Positions 43,491 to 50,819 of a stretch of DNA of 53,867 nucleotides are shown here, in pieces. The notes under the pieces are model-generated. The model was not told where the DNA came from. It ran no database searches and saw only the letters and a list, made by a program, of their open reading frames with translations. The DNA comes from Candidatus Omnitrophica bacterium 4484_213. GTDB lineage: Bacteria; Omnitrophota; 4484-213. The stretch covers positions 1-53,867 of the forward strand of contig MZGK01000006.1 in the NCBI GenBank assembly GCA_002085025.1. Reading direction: 5' to 3'. A program made the translations under genes and the position numbers. Every line of letters begins with the position of its first letter. Within the stretch, counting starts at the first letter, position 1.

Positions 43491-43958
43491 TTGCCAAATG
43501 GAACAGAGAAAGAAGGGGGTGAAGCTGACCAAGAACTATCAAAATTACTTTGTGTTTCATTCAAAGACTTTGCTACTACCGTATATCAACACCAAGAGAC
43601 CATCCATGATTTTGTAATACAAAAACCAAATGAACAGAGTGATGCAATGGATTGCCTCTTAGGTTTATCTGATTACCGGAATATTCTTGATGGCATTAAG
43701 AAGTTTGATGTTTCAAAGGTCCAAAGGGAGCTTGCGAAAGAATTTAATGAGTTTCAGGTCAGCGTACAACAAGCGATAAAAATAAGGCAAAAAGACCTGG
43801 ATGATAAAAGAGGCAAAGCCAAAGAGAGGGGGCTGAGTGAAGAAGAATTAAACGAAAATAAACTGCTTGAACTGGCGGAATCAACTGTAAAAGACATCAG
43901 TAACTTTGCCCGACTATTGGGACTCACAACAACAGCAATTTCTCCTCCTTCTGATTGA
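43491..43958 (+). CDS. Rad50/SbcC-like ATPase, second fragment (Q-loop and start of coiled coil)
   Basis: The frame differs from 43123. FATTVYQHQETIHDFVIQKPNEQSDAMDCLLGLSDY resembles the LPQGE..FL....ER...L..L.GL..Y block. The same frame continues past the TGA (43956) to 44066. No C-terminal signature or Walker B half is present. Confidence 0.55.
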   Translation: MPNGTEKEGGEADQELSKLLCVSFKDFATTVYQHQETIHDFVIQKPNEQSDAMDCLLGLSDYRNILDGIKKFDVSKVQRELAKEFNEFQVSVQQAIKIRQKDLDDKRGKAKERGLSEEELNENKLLELAESTVKDISNFARLLGLTTTAISPPSD

Positions 43959-44399
43959 GAAAATACAGAATCATTTATTAATGAAATTAAGAAGGAGTGC
44001 GATCGTCTTTGGGCAGAAACTCCAGAGATGCGAGAAGAATTCGAAGAGTTATCTGGAGAATATTAGTTGATTGTTAACTGAACAAGTTATTAGTTGAAAA
44101 AGAAAAATTTTCAGACCTTCAATGAAAAGTAGTTATAAATTTGAAGATGAAACTGATATGAAAGACATTTTTGTAATTAATTATGAAGATGTGCGATGTT
44201 TAGCAGAGCATGAAATCGGCAGAGAACTAACAATAGAAGAACTCAGAGAGCTCAAAAAAAGAAGTAGAATCTGGTTTAGAATGTCAGGGCAGTATCCGTA
44301 ATTAGTGCGATTAAAAATTGCTCTCAAAAATAAAAAAACTTGCCCAATGTTGAGAGATTTAATAATAAAGAATAGGAGCTGCCGGCGGTTTGTCGTTTG

Positions 44400-45377
44400 A
44401 TGAAAGCCCTTGCTTTATTTTCCGGGGGATTGGATAGTGTCTTGGCTGCTAAACTTATTTTAGAACAGGGCATTGAGGTAATCGGGGTAAATTTTATTAC
44501 CCCATTTTTTGCCGCTGATAATCAGCAAAGAGTCAAGCAGATTGCCGCTGATTTAGGAATAGAGTTAAAGACAATTGCCTTGGGGGATGAGTATATTGAG
44601 ATAGTTAAGTCACCAAAATACGGCTATGGCAAGAATCTCAATCCCTGTCTTGACTGCCGAATATTGATGCTTAAAAGAGCAAAGGGTTTGCTTCAAAGAA
44701 AAAGGTTGTCTTTTATTATTACCGGCGAGGTATTGGGTCAGCGGCCGATGTCTCAGCATAAAAACGCACTTGCACTGATTGAGAAAGAAAGCAATTTAAA
44801 AGGTTTAATTCTGCGTCCACTTTCAGCAAAACTCCTACCGCTCACACTCCCCGAAAAAGAAAACCGAGTAGATAGAGAGAAATTGTTAGATATACAAGGA
44901 CGCTCGCGCAAGGCCCAGATGGAATTAGCCAGAAAATGGAGGCTTAGCAGCTATTTTTCGCCTTCTGGCGGCTGTTTGCTTACTGACCCTATTTTTAGCC
45001 AGAGAATGAGAGACCTTTTGAGATATCAAGATACCTCTTTGGACAATATAGAATTGCTTAAGATTGGTCGCCACTTTCGTCTATCTCCGCGGACAAAATT
45101 GATTGTAGGAAGAGACGAAAGAGAAAACAATTTCCTTGTCGAGTTAATTAAAACAGAGGATGTTTGCTTTAGACCAATAGAGGTCAAGGGCCCAATAGGT
45201 ATAGGCAAGGGAAATTTTGATGACTCGCTGATTGGTTTAGCCACTCAGATAATTGCCCGATATTGCGATGAAAAGGAGAAAGCGGTAGAAATAGGTTGGA
45301 AATTGTCTAACCAGAAAATGAAGAAAATCAAGGTGATGGCGATGAGCGAGAAAGAAATAGAGGAGTTTAGGATATGA
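44400..45377 (+). CDS. PP-loop ATP pyrophosphatase, ThiI/MnmA-like tRNA thiolation family
   Basis: ALALFSGGLDSVLAA (SGGxDS PP-loop), NPCLDCRILM, IITGEVLGQRPMSQ. The ATG at 44400 is preferred over the TTG at 44397. Confidence 0.75.
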   Translation: MKALALFSGGLDSVLAAKLILEQGIEVIGVNFITPFFAADNQQRVKQIAADLGIELKTIALGDEYIEIVKSPKYGYGKNLNPCLDCRILMLKRAKGLLQRKRLSFIITGEVLGQRPMSQHKNALALIEKESNLKGLILRPLSAKLLPLTLPEKENRVDREKLLDIQGRSRKAQMELARKWRLSSYFSPSGGCLLTDPIFSQRMRDLLRYQDTSLDNIELLKIGRHFRLSPRTKLIVGRDERENNFLVELIKTEDVCFRPIEVKGPIGIGKGNFDDSLIGLATQIIARYCDEKEKAVEIGWKLSNQKMKKIKVMAMSEKEIEEFRI

Positions 45378-45396
45378 AATATGACAGGTTTTTCGC

Positions 45397-45617
45397 TCCC
45401 CCGATTTAACGGGTAAATTCATAGCTTTGATCCGTGTCCTTCGGGTGGCCCCGAAATTTCGAAACTTCGGTTCTCGCCCTGCACCAAAGCGGTGCAGGGC
45501 TTGCTTCGCGAGGAAGAAAAGGAAAAAATAAAAGCGAAATGGACTTCGTCCATTTCTATCCTTCGCTTCGCTCAGGCTCTCGCCTTCGGCGAGGAAGAAA
45601 AGGAGGTGCGAGAAAAA
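45397..45617. repeat. Repeat and hairpin-rich ribH leader
   Basis: Solo element end GATTTAACGGGTaaat (45403-45417). Hairpins CCCTGCAC-n7-GTGCAGGG (45477-45499) and GAAATGGAC-ttc-GTCCATTTC (45536-45556). Exact 16-nt direct repeat GCGAGGAAGAAAAGGA (45508-45523 and 45589-45604). Confidence 0.75.
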
Positions 45618-46081
45618 TGAAGACCTATCAGGGAAAACTGATTGGCAAAGGGAAAAAGTTTACGCTTGTGGTTTCCCGTTTTAACGATTTTATCGGTAAA
45701 CGGCTTGTGGAAGGGGCAGTGGATGTCCTTGTGCGTCACGGCGTAGAGGAAAATGGGATTGAAGTTATCTGGGTGCCTGGTTCTCTGGAGATTCTCTATG
45801 TAGCTAACAAAATGGCAAAAAAAAAGAAGTGCGATGCGGTTATCTGCTTAGGGGCAATCATCAAAGGCGAGACATCGCATTTTGATTTTTTAGCCAGCCA
45901 GGTAATTAAGGGAATTTCCCAGATTTCTTTGAGCGGTAATCTGCCGGTAGTTTCAGGAATAATTACCGTGGATTCCTTGGAGCAGGCAATTCAGCGGGCA
46001 GGAGCAAAGGAAGGAAATAAGGGGACCCAGGCTGCTTTAGCCGCTTTGGAAATGGCAAATTTAAATGAAACTGCAATTTAG
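45618..46081 (+). CDS. ribH: 6,7-dimethyl-8-ribityllumazine synthase
   Basis: MKTYQGKLIGKGKKFTLVVSRFNDFI is the normal RibH N-terminus. VPGSLEI, GAIIKGETSHFDF, AG.KEGNKG. The track start at 45434 only translates the repeat region. Confidence 0.92.
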
Positions 46082-46212
46082 CGAGTCCTTACCCTACACC
46101 AATTTCTCTTTTGATTAAGCATCTTGGAAAATTGGCGGAGGTTCAATTCGCAAACGGAGTTCGTCCCACAATTTACGTTGCTTACATTCCGTAAATTGTC
46201 TGCTCATTGAAA

Positions 46213-46683
46213 ATGCGCAAGAGAACAAGAGCAAGAGAAATAGCCCTCCAGATTCTTTATCTGATTGATATCAGTGAAGATGATTATCAGGTTGCTTGGG
46301 AGAAATTTTGGGCTGTAGAGTCTCCCGAGGTTTCTGAGGAGGTTCACCCTGTTAAATCCGCCGATGGCGGAGCAGCGAAGCCGCTATTTAACAGGGTAAA
46401 GGAATTTTCACAGCAATTAGTAAAAGGGACGATAGAGAATCTTAAATCGCTCGATGATGTAATTGAGAGCTTCGCCGAGAACTGGCGACTCTCGCGGATG
46501 GCAGTGGTTGAGCGGAATATTCTGCGGCTTGCTACCTATGAACTCCTTTTTTGCCCTGAGATTCCTCCGATTGTCTCCATAAACGAGGCAATTGATCTGG
46601 CAAAGAAATACAGCGGTCTGGAAGCCGGTAAATTCGTGAACGGGATACTGGATAAGATAAGAAAGTCAAAAATTAAGAACTAA
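46213..46683 (+). CDS. nusB: Transcription antitermination factor NusB, containing a palindromic insertion
   Basis: RTRAREIALQILY, W.L.RMAVVERNILRLATYEL, P..V.INEAIDLAKKY, KFVNGILDK. Confidence 0.92.
   Translation: MRKRTRAREIALQILYLIDISEDDYQVAWEKFWAVESPEVSEEVHPVKSADGGAAKPLFNRVKEFSQQLVKGTIENLKSLDDVIESFAENWRLSRMAVVERNILRLATYELLFCPEIPPIVSINEAIDLAKKYSGLEAGKFVNGILDKIRKSKIKN
46346..46397. repeat. Palindromic element copy inside nusB
   Basis: Perfect 12-bp termini ACCCTGTTAAAT (46346-46357) / ATTTAACAGGGT (46386-46397). Inner hairpin TCCGCC-gat-GGCGGA (46357-46371). Read as HPVKSADGGAAKPLFNRV. Confidence 0.85.
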
Positions 46684-46687
46684 AAAA

Positions 46688-46753
46688 CTGAAGAACCGAG
46701 AAACTAAAGAATAAAAAATAGCTCTTATGTTCTTTAGTTTATAAGTTCTTAAG
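46688..46753 (+). terminator. Long imperfect hairpin after nusB (possible terminator)
   Basis: 24-nt arms CTGAAGAACCGAGAAACTAAAGAA (46688-46711) / TTCTTTAGTTTATAAGTTCTTAAG (46730-46753), 20 of 24 complementary, followed by TCTTTCAATTTT. Confidence 0.4.
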
Positions 46754-46769
46754 TCTTTCAATTTTAATT

Positions 46770-47855
46770 ATGAATGATCTCAAATATATGCACTTAGCTC
46801 TGCGATTGGCTTTAAAGGGAAAGGGAAAAACCAGCCCCAATCCCTTGGTAGGAGCGGTAGTAGTTAAAAACGGAGAGATTATCGGCAGAGGTTATCATCG
46901 GCAGGCCGGCAAGAGGCACGCCGAGATTGTTGCCCTTGACGAGGCTGGCAAAAAGGCAAGGGGTTCTACGCTCTATGTCAGTTTAGAGCCCTGCGCTACT
47001 TATGGTAGAACCCCTCCCTGTGTGGATAGGATTATCAAGGAAGGAGTTAAAAAGGTAGTTATTGGGATGCTTGACCCCAATCTTGTCAATAGAAAAAAGG
47101 GGATAAGAAAATTAAAGACGCAGAACATAGATGTAAAGACGGGAGTTTTAAGGAAAGAAGCCGAGGAGCTCAATAAGTGCTGGATAAAGTTTATCACCCA
47201 GAGGGAGTCGTATGTGATTCTGAAAGTAGCCCGGTCCTTAGACGGCAAGATTGCCACTTTTGCGGGCGATTCAAAATGGATTACTTCTCCGGCAGCGCGA
47301 GGATATGTGCATAGGCTGCGTTCGGAGGTGGATGCGATTTTGGTAGGGATAAATACAGTTCTCCAGGATGATCCTTTGCTCTCCGCCCGCCTTTCCGAAA
47401 AGAGATTATATAGACATCAGCCGGCAAAGATAATCTTAGACAGCCATTTAAGAATTCCTTTAGAGGCAAAGATTTTTTCTCGCCGGTCCCCCGCACCGGT
47501 AATTATCGCTACCACTAAATTTGCCCCTCTCTCTAAAATAAAGAAATTAGAAAAAAGGGGAGTGCAAGTATTAATAGTCAAAGCAAAGGATAGGAAAGTA
47601 GATTTAAAGATGTTGGTGGGAGAATTGGCAAAGATGGAGATTGTTTGTCTTCTGATAGAGGGCGGAGGTGAGGTTTTTGAATCGGCTATAGAAAGCAAGA
47701 TAGTGGATGAATTTCTTGTTTTTATTGCTCCAAAAATATTTGGTAATGTTAGCAAAATCTCCCAAGCTCAGCGACTGAGCAGTTTGGAAGTAAGGAGAGT
47801 AGGAAAAGACATACTGGTAGCAGGAAAGATAAAAAATAGAATTTCTAATGTCTAA
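46770..47855 (+). CDS. ribD: Bifunctional riboflavin biosynthesis deaminase/reductase
   Basis: Deaminase HAEIVAL ... PCATYGRTPPCVD. Reductase part KVARSLDGKIA, WITSP.AR..VH.LR, LIEGGG. Confidence 0.92.
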   Translation: MNDLKYMHLALRLALKGKGKTSPNPLVGAVVVKNGEIIGRGYHRQAGKRHAEIVALDEAGKKARGSTLYVSLEPCATYGRTPPCVDRIIKEGVKKVVIGMLDPNLVNRKKGIRKLKTQNIDVKTGVLRKEAEELNKCWIKFITQRESYVILKVARSLDGKIATFAGDSKWITSPAARGYVHRLRSEVDAILVGINTVLQDDPLLSARLSEKRLYRHQPAKIILDSHLRIPLEAKIFSRRSPAPVIIATTKFAPLSKIKKLEKRGVQVLIVKAKDRKVDLKMLVGELAKMEIVCLLIEGGGEVFESAIESKIVDEFLVFIAPKIFGNVSKISQAQRLSSLEVRRVGKDILVAGKIKNRISNV

Positions 47856-48040
47856 TTGCTCTAATTATACTTGTTTTCGGCAAGTCCTTTGGCTAATCAA
47901 ATCCCAATGACTAATGACCGAATGACTAAAAATATTAGACATTAAACATTTTAGCATTAGGTATTCCTGCTTGCCTTGCCTAGCGGGGGGCAGGCTCAGG
48001 CAGGGATTAGACATTAGGTCAATTAGCCATTTATTAATAT

Positions 48041-48682
48041 ATGTTCAGCGGCATAATCGAACAATTAGGTGAAGTCGTAAAGATAGAATCTGTCTCCGGC
48101 AATAAAAGGTTATTTATTAAACCGACCTCTTTGTGGGAGGATTTACAGATAGGGGAAAGTATTGCTGTAGATGGGGTTTGCTTGACTATTGTTGATTTTA
48201 AGGAGGACTTGTTTGCCGCTGAAATAATGCCGGCGACCCTCTTGCAAACCACTTTAGGCAATTTAAGGGTTGGCGAGTATGTAAATTTAGAGCGGGCATT
48301 GACTCCAAATTCTCGTTTAAGTGGCCACTTTGTCAGCGGCCATATTGACGGAATGGGCATAATTAGCAAAAAAGAAAAGGGGAGAGATGTTAGTTTATCT
48401 GTTGAGGTCCCTGCCGAGCTTACGAAATATCTTTTGCCCAAAGGTTCTATTGCTGTAGATGGAATAAGTTTAACTATCGCTGAGATAAAAGACAAAGAAT
48501 TTATTGCTCATTTTATTCCCCATACTTTAAAGAGTACCAATCTCCAATCTAAAAATGTAGGGGATAAAGTAAATATTGAGGTAGACCTTCTAACAAAAGC
48601 AGTTTATCAGTATTTAGAGAATCTTGAGAGAGACAAACAGGGAATAACAAAAGAGATGTTGAGCAGAGCCGGGTTCCTCTAA
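48041..48682 (+). CDS. ribE: Riboflavin synthase alpha chain
   Basis: MFSGIIEQLG, GESIAVDGVCLTI, NLERAL, GHFVSGHIDG, GSIAVDGISLTI. Confidence 0.93.
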   Translation: MFSGIIEQLGEVVKIESVSGNKRLFIKPTSLWEDLQIGESIAVDGVCLTIVDFKEDLFAAEIMPATLLQTTLGNLRVGEYVNLERALTPNSRLSGHFVSGHIDGMGIISKKEKGRDVSLSVEVPAELTKYLLPKGSIAVDGISLTIAEIKDKEFIAHFIPHTLKSTNLQSKNVGDKVNIEVDLLTKAVYQYLENLERDKQGITKEMLSRAGFL

Positions 48683-49854
48683 CCTCTTCCCAGCCCTCTT
48701 AAGAACCCGATTATCTTCTCTTTCCATCCTTTCTTGATTCTCTCTTGCTCAGAACTCAGGATTTTAGAGAGCGGTTCTATATCTATATAATCCTCAGCGA
48801 GTTTTTTGAGAGCGGCAATCTTTTCATTATCCTGACTGGTTATCTTCGTGCGTAAACTGTATATCTGAGAGGCGAGGTCGTAGATATCCTTATCTACGAG
48901 CAATACGGGAATATCCATAGAGCCAAGGATGTCTTTTATACTTTGGGGGAGCTCCCGGCTTCCCGAAAGGAGAACTCCTGCTAAATTATGGGCATTCCCT
49001 ATATTTCTAAAGTAGGTGGTAAATACTGCCAAGAGAAGGTCGATGCGGTCGCTGGAGGTAATCAATAAAGTCTGTTGGCGAATATCTCTGAGCAATTCCA
49101 GTATTGTTTCCGGCTCCATTGTTCCCACTATTATCCTTTCTATATTCTTTTCTAAACGCCCTTTCCCACTGAGTATATTTGCCCCGGTTTGTTGAGCAAT
49201 CAACCAGAGAGGAGGACTGGAGAGAAGAGAACGGTAGGGGAGAAGACCGAATAGAAGGATGCTTTTTCTTTTGAGGTATCGCTTTAGGAGAGAAGAGATC
49301 TTATCGTATTTTTCTTCTAATATTTTATTGATTATTACCCCGATTACCTTACAGCCCTTCTCTTCAAAAAAACTTTTATTCAGGGTTATCTCATCAATGC
49401 TCTGTCCAATGCCTCCTCCGCAGACCAAAAGCACATCCGCCTCTAAGAGTTTAGCCACCTCGGCATTGGAGAGCTCCATTACCGAACCTACCCCGGCGTG
49501 GCCCGTGCCTTCAATGAGCACCAAATCGCTTTCCTTTGCCAGTCCTTCGTAGGCGTCGCGTATCTTTTTGGCAAGACCCCTCTTTATTTCTCCTTTGATA
49601 TATTTTTCGGTAAAGCCCCTTTCAATTATCAGTGGGCTCATATCCTCTATAAGATAAGGGAGGGCAAAGCTCTCCTTGATTAAAAGGACATCTTCGCCTA
49701 TCTTGGTTTCGGAAAGTTGGACATATCTCTGGGCAAGCGGCTTGATAAAGGCAATCTTCTTAAATTTTTTGCCTAAAAGATGGATCAATCCCAGAGAAAT
49801 AGAGGTCTTCCCGATATCCTGGCTGGTAGAAGCAATGAATAAAGATTTAGCCAT
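48679..49854 (-). CDS. BioD-like/DRTGG-domain protein (phosphotransacetylase N-terminal-like ATPase family)
   Basis: P-loop-like IASTSQDIGKTSISLGL, LIEGTGHAGVGS, later LLITSSDRIDLLLAV (DRTGG-type). Converges on ribE with a 4-nt overlap. Confidence 0.65.
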   Translation of the reverse strand: MAKSLFIASTSQDIGKTSISLGLIHLLGKKFKKIAFIKPLAQRYVQLSETKIGEDVLLIKESFALPYLIEDMSPLIIERGFTEKYIKGEIKRGLAKKIRDAYEGLAKESDLVLIEGTGHAGVGSVMELSNAEVAKLLEADVLLVCGGGIGQSIDEITLNKSFFEEKGCKVIGVIINKILEEKYDKISSLLKRYLKRKSILLFGLLPYRSLLSSPPLWLIAQQTGANILSGKGRLEKNIERIIVGTMEPETILELLRDIRQQTLLITSSDRIDLLLAVFTTYFRNIGNAHNLAGVLLSGSRELPQSIKDILGSMDIPVLLVDKDIYDLASQIYSLRTKITSQDNEKIAALKKLAEDYIDIEPLSKILSSEQERIKKGWKEKIIGFLRGLGRG

Positions 49855-49860
49855 AATTTA

Positions 49861-49975
49861 AGCACTGATTACGCTGATAAATTCCATCACTGATTACACT
49901 GATGATTTTATCAGCAATATCAGTGTTTAATATCAGTGTCATCAGTGTTCATAATCAGTGTCATCAGTGATAGAT
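49861..49975. repeat. Opposed arrays of CACTGAT / ATCAGTG heptamers spanning the purC 3' end
   Basis: CACTGAT at 49863, 49888 and 49897. ATCAGTG at 49919, 49932, 41, 54 and 63, plus partial copies. The second array encodes the purC tail ...LMTLIMNTDDTDIKH. Confidence 0.85.
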
Positions 49976-50819
49976 ATTTCTCGCTTGTTTTTTTAACTAT
50001 TTCCGCCGGCAATTCGGGAGCAGGTGGGGTTTTATCCCAATTTAAACCTTCAAGATAATCCCTGACAAACTGTTTGTCAAAACTGGCTTGACTTTTGCCC
50101 GCAAAATACTTATCCTTGGGCCAGAACCTTGAGGAGTCCGGCGTGAGCAATTCGTCGATAAGGATGATTTCGCCCTTATAGAAACCAAACTCAAACTTTG
50201 TATCGGCGATAATTATACCCTTAGTTTTGGCATATTCACTCGCTTTTTTATACAGGGCAATGCTTATCTCTTTTAGTTTGCCGGCGGTGTTTTTACCAAT
50301 TTCTTTTTCAATATCCTCTTGGCGGACATTTATATCGTGGCCTCTCTCCTCTTTTGTTGCCGGAGTAAAAATAGGCTTGGGTAATTTATCGGCCTGTTTA
50401 AGTCCCTCAGGCAGTTTTATCCCGCAGATGGATTGGCTCTTCTCATATTCTTTCCAACCTGAACCGGCTAAATAGCCCCGAACTACACATTCCACAGGTA
50501 TGGGCTCTGCCTTTTGGACGAGCATTGCGCGCCCAGACAGAATTCCTTTATAATTTGATAGAATAGGAGGAAACTCGCGAATATCAGCGCTGAGCAAGTG
50601 ATTGGGGATAATATCTTTTGTTAAGTGGAACCAGAATGTCGAGAGTTTAGTTAACACCTCTCCTTTATGAGGAATGTTGGTAGGGAGAACTACATCAAAG
50701 CAGGATATTCTGTCGGTGGAGATAATCAAGAGTTGAGTTCCTAAATCATAGATGTCCCGGACCTTTCCTCTTTTGAAAAGATTGAGTTCAGTAAGGTCTA
50801 TTGACTCTACGAGCGGCAT
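49920..50819 (-). CDS. purC: Phosphoribosylaminoimidazole-succinocarboxamide synthase
   Basis: LFKRGKVRDIYD, ISTDRISCFD, VECVVRGYLAGS, IIADTKFEFG, LIDELLTPDSSRFW. Confidence 0.92.
   Translation of the reverse strand: MPLVESIDLTELNLFKRGKVRDIYDLGTQLLIISTDRISCFDVVLPTNIPHKGEVLTKLSTFWFHLTKDIIPNHLLSADIREFPPILSNYKGILSGRAMLVQKAEPIPVECVVRGYLAGSGWKEYEKSQSICGIKLPEGLKQADKLPKPIFTPATKEERGHDINVRQEDIEKEIGKNTAGKLKEISIALYKKASEYAKTKGIIIADTKFEFGFYKGEIILIDELLTPDSSRFWPKDKYFAGKSQASFDKQFVRDYLEGLNWDKTPPAPELPAEIVKKTSEKYLSLMTLIMNTDDTDIKH

Noticed and set aside
43956-43958. In-frame TGA in the SbcC-like ORF as possible UGA recoding (alternative genetic code or selenocysteine)
   Set aside because: Many well-conserved genes in the window terminate at TGA at the expected position. 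prfB has the canonical UGA-dependent frameshift, so UGA is a stop. The locus also has a separate frameshift and lacks its C-terminal half, which fits decay.
45434-45617. N-terminal 61-codon extension of ribH in the ORF track (start 45434)
   Set aside because: It begins at a non-ATG codon and merely translates the hairpin and direct-repeat region. MKTYQGKLIGKGKKF at 45618 matches the normal RibH N-terminus and is preceded by GGAGG.
45380-45617. FMN (RFN) riboswitch expected upstream of a rib operon
   Set aside because: I could not find the conserved RFN core segments by eye. The structure present is explained by genome-specific repeats. This is left as a cmsearch check rather than a call.
46120-46200. 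tRNA-like fragment (gcggaGGTTCAAttcgc) and the 10-bp hairpin ACAATTTACG/CGTAAATTGT between ribH and nusB
   Set aside because: Only a T-arm-like stem-loop is present. No acceptor, D or anticodon arms could be built, so it is treated as another local hairpin.
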